Shown here: one piece after another, positions 42,325 through 49,806 of the stretch
Numbering within the stretch: position 1 is the stretch's first letter
How the letters are laid out: each line of letters starts with the position of its first letter
Source of the DNA: an uncultured virus (IMG/VR IMGVR_UViG_3300028840_007457)
Lineage: Duplodnaviria; Heunggongvirae; Uroviricota; Caudoviricetes
Direction: 5' to 3' (one strand)
Virus record (IMG/VR): IMGVR_UViG_3300028840_007457
DNA length: 64,000 nucleotides
The notes under the pieces: model-generated
What the model saw: only the letters and a program-made list of their open reading frames with translations
What the model was told of the DNA's origin: nothing
Databases searched by the model: none
Program-made: the position numbers and the translations under genes

Positions 42325-42417
42325 TGGACAAGGAGAGGAATCGAACCTCTCATTGGCATTAAAACTAGCTGTGGTGCACCACACTAGAGGCATTCCGATT
42401 ACACCGTGGACCTGCTC
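42325..42417 (-). ncRNA. degenerate tRNA-like element
   Basis: Perfect T arm GAGAGG TTCGATT CCTCTC; weak acceptor stem. Confidence 0.35.
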
Positions 42418-42551
42418 TTCTCGCACGGCAGGTTTCGCTTTTCGTTAGCTTACTCTCTGTGCTACCCTCTGCACAACACTTGTCCACAGTACTTTAACCT
42501 CTGTACCAGTGAGGTAGTTTATTTTTCGTGTACTTTGAAAAATAAACTTAA

Positions 42552-42626
42552 TCGGGGAAACAGGATTCGAACCTGCGAACTTCCTGCTCCCAAAGCAGGC
42601 ACTCTACCAGACTGAGTTATTCCCCG
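42552..42626 (-). tRNA. tRNA-Pro(TGG)
   Basis: C1-G72; CCTGC TT TGG GA GCAGG. Confidence 0.93.
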
Positions 42627-42651
42627 AAAAGAAAGAGAAGAAAATCAAAAA

Positions 42652-42822
42652 TCATTCCTTTTCTTGAGACGGTTTATCAGAAACCCACTTGACCATCTCA
42701 GCCACCCTAGGAATCCCGTCAGAACTGTACTCACTGTATCCCCGCACCTCGAAACCTTCCAACTCGTATTGCTCAATTAAGGTCTCAACGTTAGGAATAA
42801 AGCGATAAATAAGTCTTTCCAT
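42652..42822 (-). CDS. 56-aa hypothetical protein (MERLIYRFIPN...)
   Basis: AGGAGGT RBS; below the ORF-track length cutoff. Confidence 0.55.
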   Translation of the reverse strand: MERLIYRFIPNVETLIEQYELEGFEVRGYSEYSSDGIPRVAEMVKWVSDKPSQEKE

Positions 42823-42905
42823 GATTAATACCTCCTAGTAGTCTTGTGACAACATTTTTTAATTTGTCAATACACTTTTTGAAGGCAGTGTATGCGATAG
42901 CATCT

Positions 42906-43035
42906 TGACAGAGCCAGGATTTGAACCTGGAAGATAGTGAACCAGTTAACTGATTGACCAATCACGGAGTTACCGCGCGTTTACCAAAGAAAGAGGTTAA
43001 CTAGTATGGGCCTCTTTTCGTTTCGCCACTCTGCC
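42906..43035 (-). ncRNA. tRNA-like RNA with a hairpin inserted in the D loop
   Basis: Acceptor GGCAGAG/CTCTGTC; T arm CCAGG TTCAAAT CCTGG. Confidence 0.6.
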
Positions 43036-43139
43036 AATTGCCCCTAGAATAACCACCACAAATAAAGATCCTAGCATCTTTGTGTACACACATCTGTGGT
43101 AATTATTCTCGATAGGATGTGCAGCGGGGCCAACTGCGT

Positions 43140-43224
43140 CGGAAGGAGAGGGATTCGAACCCTCGGTAGGTTTCCCTACGCACGCTTAGCAGGCGTGTAC
43201 CTTCAGCCGCTCGGTCATCCTTCC
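43140..43224 (-). tRNA. tRNA-Ser(GCT)
   Basis: Long variable arm; CACGC CT GCT AA GCGTG; G73. Confidence 0.95.
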
Positions 43225-43409
43225 CATAGTGGCTAGCTCTTTCTTTCGTGGTAATTGGTATCAACCAGCCTGTAACTTGTCGGCAATCAGAAATACATCT
43301 GGGCTAGCCAAAAGGCCCAAGTCTTGAACTGGTTTGCCCTAACCACATGGAGTTGGACTTTAAAATGCCAGTGCCCCACTCCCAAACACGAAGTGCTTAG
43401 GAAGAAGTT

Positions 43410-43580
43410 GTTGGTAGTTCAGGTGGGCCTTGTTTCTAAAAACAAGATCCGACTACCCCCGTTACCCTCAAGGAGTAACTAGATAGAAGGGCTCTGTAGT
43501 TACCTACACAACCTACCACGTCTCGTTTTTACCGTGGGTTCCCATGGAGTGTTTCACCAAGGTCTCCCAGAACTACCAAC
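43410..43580 (-). ncRNA. 171-nt structured RNA
   Basis: 11-bp terminal stem GTTGGTAGTTC/GAACTACCAAC. Confidence 0.5.
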
Positions 43581-43583
43581 TAG

Positions 43584-43644
43584 TGCCCACAGTAGGACTC
43601 GAACCTACACGGTTTCCCGCTGGTACCTAAACTACCATGTGAAC
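43584..43644 (-). pseudogene. D-arm-less tRNA-Leu(TAG) derivative
   Basis: Same 3' end TGTGGGCACTA as 44202-44283; D arm missing. Confidence 0.6.
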
Positions 43645-43733
43645 TATTAATCTATCTTTCCTGCTTTCTTTTTTGCCCAATAACCTCTAGGGGGTTTCTC
43701 AATTCCATTGCCCCACTCCTAACCACGAAGTGA

Positions 43734-44066
43734 CTAGGTAATTTTTACATAACGACAGTTGTCGCAAGGATTTTGATATTTGAAAGAACGACAAGGATAA
43801 ATCACGTTGCACTGGGGACAGGTAAAGTATCCCAATTCTTTCTGCTTTTCTGTTTTTCCTCTCAGTTCCTCGGTGGCGTAATCGTAGTATAGACGTTCTA
43901 TACCCTGGTCAAAGTCTTCCGGATTTATCTCTTTTCCCAACTCTCTCAATTTTGAAATGATTCGGTACCAGTAACCAGGCCCTTGTCCCACCACTATTGA
44001 ATGAAAGCTGCCGTCCTCGAAAAGGAAATCCACACTGTGACGTTTTATCTCATAGGTGAAAATCAT
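43734..44066 (-). CDS. hypothetical protein with C-terminal zinc finger
   Basis: GAGGT RBS. Confidence 0.6.
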   Translation of the reverse strand: MIFTYEIKRHSVDFLFEDGSFHSIVVGQGPGYWYRIISKLRELGKEINPEDFDQGIERLYYDYATEELRGKTEKQKELGYFTCPQCNVIYPCRSFKYQNPCDNCRYVKIT

Positions 44067-44201
44067 TTTAAGTACCTCTTTTGTTTAGCTCAAACTCCCA
44101 ACAAATTTAAGGTCATTCTAACTTTTCTCGAACGTGAAGGATGGAAAGCTTGTCACGTTTGCCTAGCACCATTACCAGGACTTAAAATTAGAATGACCTA
44201 G

Positions 44202-44283
44202 TGCCCACAGAGAGACTCGAACTCCCACGGCGTTAGCCACGAACACCTAAAATTCGCGTGTCTACCTGTTCCACCATGTGGGC
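44202..44283 (-). tRNA. tRNA-Leu(TAG)
   Basis: CGAAT TT TAG GT GTTCG; variable arm. Confidence 0.9.
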
Positions 44284-44295
44284 AAAAAAGAAAAA

Positions 44296-44457
44296 GTGCA
44301 AGCAGGTTTGATCCTCAACGCAGTACGGCTTTCGCCAAAGACGCGGGAAACTACGCTAAGTTCCAGGTAGGGACAAAAGGTGGATCATTCTTTTGTGCTC
44401 CTCGGAACTACGTGGTTACAGGGTAGAAAATAGTTTCCCGGTAGTACCTGCTTGCAC
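44296..44457 (-). ncRNA. 162-nt rod-like RNA
   Basis: 12-bp terminal stem GTGCAAGCAGGT/ACCTGCTTGCAC; inner CGGGAAACTA/TAGTTTCCCG. Confidence 0.55.
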
Positions 44458-44540
44458 ACACCTCAGTGTTCTACCGTCACTTAATTGAGGTGTTCTGCTA
44501 CTAACCTTTGAGCTGCGGTCTCAGGTAGTCAGTAACATAG

Positions 44541-44613
44541 TGGGCTCGCGGGTGATCGAAACCCGAATGACCAAGTTATGAGCTTGGAGCCTTACCAATT
44601 AGACGACGAGCCC
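44541..44613 (-). tRNA. tRNA with CAT anticodon (Ile2 or elongator Met)
   Basis: CCAAG CT CAT AA CTTGG; G1-C72, so not an initiator. Confidence 0.85.
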
Positions 44614-44620
44614 TAAACTT

Positions 44621-44809
44621 TTAGTAACCAGGAGGGTTGTAATTTATGTTCACACCCTTCAAAATGTTCGCAACGTCACAACCTACCCTCAGAAGAGCAA
44701 TCTCTCTCTTCGTGTCTCCTTCCTTCTTTGCTTCTTCTATGGAACCACGAAGACGCCTTTGCAAAATAGAAAATTGTTCTTTGTAGAAACTGTTTTCCTT
44801 TTCCACCAT
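44621..44809 (-). CDS. hypothetical protein
   Basis: AAAGG RBS. Confidence 0.55.
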   Translation of the reverse strand: MVEKENSFYKEQFSILQRRLRGSIEEAKKEGDTKREIALLRVGCDVANILKGVNINYNPPGY

Positions 44810-44839
44810 TGTAGTATGACCTTTCTTTTAATAGTTTAT

Positions 44840-44911
44840 TGACCCCACGGGTAGTCGAAACCCGATCTCAGGAATGAAAATCCTGTGTCCTAACCATTGA
44901 ACGATGGGGCC
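44840..44911 (-). tRNA. tRNA-Glu(TTC)
   Basis: CAGGA TT TTC AT TCCTG. Confidence 0.88.
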
Positions 44912-45143
44912 AGATGTCCGGTTTAATACCCTGTGTCGGTACCAACGAACACAGAATACTTCCTCTGGTACGTCCACCAACCGGACCTGAGTGCTAACTC
45001 AGCTTTAAGTGGGAGGGTTAGAGGTTGATTAGGTTAACAGGAATGCGCTTCATAATCCTATCTCCTTTCTTGATAAAAGCGTGTGTGTGCTAGAATTTTC
45101 AGGACCAAAGCCCCTCAGGAAGAAGCGCTAGCTCGAACTCCCT

Positions 45144-45635
45144 TTATTGTTCAGACTTAAACCGGAATTCCGTGCGGTCCACCGCACCGTCAAGGAAAAG
45201 ACTGAAAACTACTTCGATATTAAGCGTTTCTGAGCCGTAGAGTGTTTCGTAATCCTGAATCAACTGTCTCAGCAGTTTGGCTGGAATTACGTTTTTATTA
45301 AAAGAAACGGTTCCCAAACCGGCTTCAATTTTCAGAATCTCGGTCTTCAAAATCCTTGTCACCCTGGTTTCTAGATTGTCTGGGAGAACATCTGCTCCGT
45401 TATTTGGGCGAATAGCCAGTACGATTTGATCTGACAGCTCTTCGTGTTGCAGTGTTGCCCACCGAGCAAACGCTCCCAAAGAGCATTCGTGTACTTCCTT
45501 GAAAAGGTCTCGGGTGGTTCTATAATACACGGGTGTGCCGTTCTCAAAACTCCCAGCTTCAGTATCAACAATAACTCTGATGGATTTACCATCGGTGTAG
45601 GGGACGCCTTCTCGGATTTTGTGTTGCTGCACCAT
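45144..45635 (-). CDS. hypothetical protein
   Basis: AAGGAG RBS; TTGACT promoter upstream. Confidence 0.7.
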   Translation of the reverse strand: MVQQHKIREGVPYTDGKSIRVIVDTEAGSFENGTPVYYRTTRDLFKEVHECSLGAFARWATLQHEELSDQIVLAIRPNNGADVLPDNLETRVTRILKTEILKIEAGLGTVSFNKNVIPAKLLRQLIQDYETLYGSETLNIEVVFSLFLDGAVDRTEFRFKSEQ

Positions 45636-45869
45636 TTGTGACTCCTTTTAGCTGTTTAACACCAATTATTATGCTGTGCTAAAAGAAGGAAGTCAAGAAA
45701 AATAAAAAGGTTGCCGGGTTTTACCACTTGAGGAGAGCCCGGCGTCACTCAAGTAGAGCAATTTATTGACGATAACTACCAAAACGCTTTTCCAGGTGTT
45801 AAGATTGTTAGTACCCTGGTATACCAACAACCGAGAGTTTTAGGAATCACTCACAACCAAGTGCTTTAG

Positions 45870-45979
45870 TTCCCCATCCTGGGATCGAACCAGGACAACA
45901 GAAAAACAAGTTGGGTCCAACAAGCTTTTTCTGCCAACCGACCGTTCTAGAATGATCAGTAGATCCTCTATCATAGGGA
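45870..45979 (-). ncRNA. tRNA-like RNA with extended arms
   Basis: Acceptor TCCCTAT/ATGGGGA; T arm CCTGG TTCGATC CCAGG; long internal hairpins. Confidence 0.55.
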
Positions 45980-46234
45980 TTAAAAATGTGAGGCCAAGCT
46001 TCGCTAGCGTCAATTCGCCTGCCCAGTCTTGAGCGAGAATACACACCCAAGCACTCACCTGTTTACATCCTTGGACAACCAGGAACCTCACAAATGAGAG
46101 TTTATAGAAGCACTCACAACTGCTTGTTCGGATTACACAAATCAATTCAACAAGCACTTTCGATTTGCGTTGTAGTCTTTTATGGCCAAATAACCCAGGA
46201 AATGTTTCCCCAGGAGGGAGACTACACCCTTTAA

Positions 46235-46301
46235 GGAACCTGCTAGGATTCGAGCCTAGAAATAGGCTAACGCTTCTTTTTCCATTTAAATTACAGGCTC
46301 C
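46235..46301 (-). ncRNA. anticodon-arm-less tRNA-like RNA
   Basis: GGAGCCTG/CAGGTTCC stem; T arm CTAGG CTCGAAT CCTAG. Confidence 0.5.
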
Positions 46302-46682
46302 GAAAAAGTGGTAGTTTTTTCTTAGTGTACAGCTACTGACTCAATTAAAAGGGTCAGAGGTTCTACTACCAAACCCATCCGGCTACGGGACTTCCCTGTT
46401 CTGCAGGCTACCGGCAAATACCTCAGAACCCAGGGGTTGCAACTGAAAATTACCCAACACAAATTGTTGTATTTATACAATTTAATGCCAATGGATGGTA
46501 TTTCACTGTTGGCTCCCTCCAACCTGGTGACCAGAGTTCAACGCCTCCCATCTATGACTGCACAAGACACTAAATCCAACTTATGTCGGGTGAGAGTTTT
46601 TGGAAAAGCACTCACAACCTCACATTTTTTACTCTCTGTAGAGGCCAGATTATAACGTGTAATTCCTCTGGCGGTTTTTCAA

Positions 46683-46769
46683 GGAAGATGCCAAGAACTT
46701 GGATTTCCAAACCGGAGTCGAACCGGTACGACACTGTGCACTAATGCCCGGCCTTCCCGTTCATCTTCC
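46683..46769 (-). ncRNA. tRNA-like RNA with an internal T arm (permuted, YrlA-like order)
   Basis: GGAAGATG/CATCTTCC closing stem; ACCGG TTCGACT CCGGT followed by a TTGG AAAT CCAA hairpin. Confidence 0.4.
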
Positions 46770-46857
46770 AAAAAAGTGGGGAGCTTCAGGTACCATCCAC
46801 TCCCCGATCACCTAAGCAGGATCGTTAGACCAGTGCTTAGGGGGCAACTCAAAAAAT

Positions 46858-46977
46858 GTGGGCTGGTAAGCAGTTTTAGTCACCCTGCAACTTATTTTAC
46901 AGGTGTCAAGCTCATTAGCTTCATCTCTTACCAATTACTGCCTCAGATTCTGCGAGCCACAGTCTGAGTACACCCAC
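46858..46977 (-). ncRNA. 120-nt structured RNA, copy 1
   Basis: Paralogue at 47951-48070 with covarying stems. Confidence 0.65.
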
Positions 46978-47050
46978 AAGGTTGAAAATGCGTACCAAGA
47001 GGAGTATTTAAACCCGAACTCCATAGGACACTTGGTACGGGGCTGAAAAA

Positions 47051-47317
47051 GGTAAATGGTGTGCTGCTACGCCAAAGAGGGATTCGGCCTTACCGTCTCC
47101 GGGGTGCCTCCTCACTTAACCGAAAGTACTCCTGTTTCAGCACGCTAGGGAGAGCCACTCCCAAATCTATTTACGTAAAAAGCGACTTTACGTTTTTGAC
47201 TCGCGTGGAACCTGTGAGATTAACCGTACCCAAGCCTCTCACAGCAAAAATCCGAGCAACAGGTCTTCGCCTCACTCTTTAAAGGATGGCTGCTTTTAGG
47301 CCAACCTTCCATTTACC
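47051..47317 (-). ncRNA. 23S rRNA GTPase-associated-centre (H43/H44) mimic with ~200-nt insertion
   Basis: GGAAGGTTGGCCTAAAAGCAGCCATCCTTTAAAGAGT..GCGTAGCAGCACACC closed by the 9-bp stem GGTAAATGG/CCATTTACC. Confidence 0.8.
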
Positions 47318-47856
47318 AAAAACGAAAAATTCGGGTAGAGGGTTGGGGCAAGCGTGTCCACCACTCTCCCTACCGCAACAGGCTTACACTGAAAGGGAAA
47401 GATACATCCCGGTAGCCCCACCTGTTACTTTGGGTTTTTAAGCTCTTCCTACAACTGTAGAACCCCCAACTCCGTGTAGGCGTAAACGGTTTTCAATCAA
47501 TTTTTCGGAGAAGGGCTATGGACTTGAGCCGAAACCGTTGAAGCACTCAAGCTAGTGTCCTCACTCCTAGTTGTCATCTTGTGAATACTCAACCGACTTG
47601 TGACAACGAAAGATGGTTGAGACCTGTTAGTCCCATTTATTGAAGTGGTGTCGCTGGATTACAAACAGGTAAAATCTACCAGACCGACTTACCCACCTCG
47701 CACCCCTGCATTGGTACTGCCAACCCTCTAGTCGCCAACGCGGGATCTCGACTAAAGGCAGCTCGTTCCTTAAACGAACCGTCTCCACTGTGTACTGCAC
47801 AGGCCACTGACCCAATACAATCACAGCTTCTTAGATGTTCTAGGAACTTGCTGGAA

Positions 47857-47941
47857 CGAGGGGGTGGGACTCGAACCCACAGTTATTAATTCTAGCGACT
47901 TGTGGTTTAAAGTCGCAATCTCTGACCGTCATCAGCCCCTC
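47857..47941 (-). ncRNA. atypical tRNA-like RNA with enlarged anticodon arm
   Basis: GAGGGG/CCCCTC acceptor; T arm GTGGG TTCGAGT CCCAC; GCGACTT/AAGTCGC stem with 8-nt loop. Confidence 0.55.
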
Positions 47942-47950
47942 AAAAATTAT

Positions 47951-48070
47951 GTGGGTTGGCGGGCAGTTAAAGTCGGTCTGGATGTTTCACCAGATGCCCC
48001 AAGCTCATTTTCTTCCTTCACCGCCAATTACTTCCCCAGATTCTGCGAGCCACAGTCTGTGTAAACCCAC
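47951..48070 (-). ncRNA. 120-nt structured RNA, copy 2
   Basis: 23-nt core identical to copy 1. Confidence 0.65.
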
Positions 48071-48071
48071 G

Positions 48072-48201
48072 AAAGGCAAACATCGATTACATTTCAGTTG
48101 TCTACCCGGTACCCGACCCCACCGGTAGAACTCTCCTACTCAACGTAGGCCTCAGCCATATCAAAGGCAAACATCAATTACATTTCAGTTGTCAAGGAAC
48201 G
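48072..48201 (-). promoter_or_regulatory. boxA-like leader motif, two copies (48163-48201, 48072-48102)
   Basis: CGTTCCTTGACAACTGAAATGTAAT.GATGTTTGCCTTT; third copy at 50869-50907. Confidence 0.55.
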
Positions 48202-48223
48202 TTTTCTAACTATCTCTTCTTAT

Positions 48224-48252
48224 TAAGTAGCACAGGGTGCTAGAGCTGTCAA
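48224..48252 (-). promoter_or_regulatory. promoter TTGACA-17-TACTTA
   Basis: Spacer nearly identical to that of 50939-50967. Confidence 0.65.
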
Positions 48253-48282
48253 GAAGTAATTTTAAAAAAGGTTTAGTAGTAG

Positions 48283-48591
48283 TGCGAGCAGAGGGAGTCG
48301 AACCCATCACGAGGATTAACCTCATCGGATTTTCTTACCACTACAACTTTCGTTGCCTACTGAGTAGTTTGTGGTCTGGACTTTCTCTTCACCGTGGCTT
48401 AAAAGCTTTAGGTGCGCCGTGTAATAGTCTCTACACTCGGTTTTACAACCTAGCTCGGGATTGCCACCACCACCTTTTTAGGCGTGCTGAGGTTTCCCCG
48501 AATTAGCGGCGTCCACTCACAAGGTTTCCCTAGTAAGGCTCAAATTTAATAGACAAAAGTCCGATGCGTCTACCAGTTCCGCCATGCTCGC
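48283..48591 (-). tRNA. tRNA-Leu(TAA), split by an intron (exons 48557-48591 and 48283-48333)
   Basis: Spliced anticodon arm TCGGA CT T^AA AA TCCGA. Confidence 0.92.
48334..48556 (-). mobile_element. group I intron (IC3-like, no ORF)
   Basis: P (AATTCGGGGAA), Q (AATCCCGAG), R (GTAGAGACT) and S (AAGAGAAAGTCC) elements; terminal G; trnL(UAA) insertion site. Confidence 0.9.
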
Positions 48592-48606
48592 AATCTAATT
48601 ATCGAG

Positions 48607-48684
48607 TGCTACTGAGTGGAATCGAACCACCAAACAATCACCTGTTTTTGAAACAAGCCGCTTTACCTATTTGCGTACAGTAGC
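48607..48684 (-). tRNA. tRNA-Leu(CAA) with short variable arm
   Basis: CTTGT TT CAA AA ACAGG. Confidence 0.8.
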
Positions 48685-48688
48685 AAGC

Positions 48689-49250
48689 GTGAAAGTGGCA
48701 GCTGCAGATGGTTCCACCGGGAAGGCAGTTCCCTACCACTTTCACAAGGTTTTCGATACATACAGAATTCAAGTCAGGTAACAGCCTTTCTTGATCACGT
48801 ACTGCATTGTACCTAGAGTTTTTGTACCCGGACCTACACGACGTGATCGCAGCCCAAGCATCTTACTTAAACGGTCAACTCCTAAGAACCGTACTAGTTA
48901 AAGTGTGAAGGCAAGAAATTAATCTGCCTTCACGTTTCGGTTCCACCACATAGCGTGATTTTGCCTAAAACCTTTGCGGCTTCACTTCCTTGGTTCCACC
49001 GTCTTATTTTAAAGGACTGGTCTTACGGCCCTGCTAGCTAAACTAAAGACCCTTCCACGAGTCCTACGTGGTTAATTCGCCTATTACAGAAATGATTAGT
49101 AATGTTAGCTCAAGGCTTAACAACCGACTTTTCAAGTCGTCACCCTAGTTGTTACCAGTTCCAGACCAAGTAACTACATTATTAGGTGTTAATGCCATTA
49201 ACAATCATTCTAAGGCAGCTGTCATACTGCACAGCTACAAGGGTCACTCA
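48689..49250 (-). ncRNA. large ORF-free, hairpin-rich region, candidate large ncRNA
   Basis: Many hairpins (e.g. GTGAAGGCAG/TTGCCTTCAC, GATCACGT/ACGTGATC) and GGTGGAACC three times. Confidence 0.45.
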
Positions 49251-49596
49251 CTTAAATTTCTCCCTCTTTTTGACCCAACGAAGTGAGGGAGGTACGTTGT
49301 AGGGGACTCAACAGCTGCTGTTGTTGTGACTGGTTGGAAAGAGTGCAGACTGGTGAGGTGGTCAAAGCAATGAAGAACGCTTGCAAGATGACACTGTTCC
49401 TTGACAGAATTGATTGGGCGGAAATTACTTTCCTAGCCGGTATCATCTCTTCTACATTGCCTAATCCCTGCGAAAAATTAAGTGAGCAAGTTTTAACTCA
49501 AATCCCGGAATCACTCAGTTTTTGGTTTTCTGCTCACTTAAACTGAAGTTAAAAAATTTCCGGTTTTTGAAGGAGAAACCGGAAAACTCCTTACTG

Positions 49597-49806
49597 CTAG
49601 TCCAGCTTCACCTCCTCCACCTCAGGGGTAGGGGGACGGAAGCAGGACACGGTTTCGAGCACCGTGAAGGGGCGACCAACCTTAGCAGCTAGCCGCTTGG
49701 CCTCCTGATCGGCGCTTTCCCGACTGGGGTGTCGGTAGTACGTCCGACCGTAATGGTGCCCTTCCTCTCCGAAACTTTGAACGATCCAGTACTTCTTCAG
49801 GTCCAT
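49597..49806 (-). CDS. hypothetical protein with high-GC codons
   Basis: TAAGGAGGAG RBS; YRHPS.ESA..EA.RLA motif. Confidence 0.75.
   Translation of the reverse strand: MDLKKYWIVQSFGEEGHHYGRTYYRHPSRESADQEAKRLAAKVGRPFTVLETVSCFRPPTPEVEEVKLD

Larger units (their letters stand above)
43372..43738 (-). repeat. two copies (43372-43401, 43709-43738) of a hairpin-AGTGGGGCA motif
   Basis: CCTAAGCAC TTC GTGTTTGGG versus CCTAGTCAC TTC GTGGTTAGG, with pairing retained. Confidence 0.65.
45833..46619 (-). repeat. three dispersed copies of GTTGTGAGTG-N7-10-AAACTCTC (45833-45858, 46096-46120, 46592-46619)
   Basis: Direct inspection. Confidence 0.6.

Noticed and set aside
43330..43350. Pistol ribozyme-like GTGGTTAGGGC
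   Set aside because: The P1 partner and downstream conserved elements are absent
45833..46619. CRISPR array
   Set aside because: Irregular 260-500 nt spacing, divergent units, no cas genes
46683..46769. tRNA-Sec (GGAAGAT start)
   Set aside because: No TCA anticodon arm; the T arm is misplaced
47051..47317. True 23S rRNA gene or contamination
   Set aside because: Similarity is limited to about 55 nt, split by an insert and closed by a private stem
46858..48070. 120-nt repeats as 5S rRNA or as hammerhead/twister ribozymes
   Set aside because: Length fits 5S, but I find no 5S conserved loops or intact ribozyme cores
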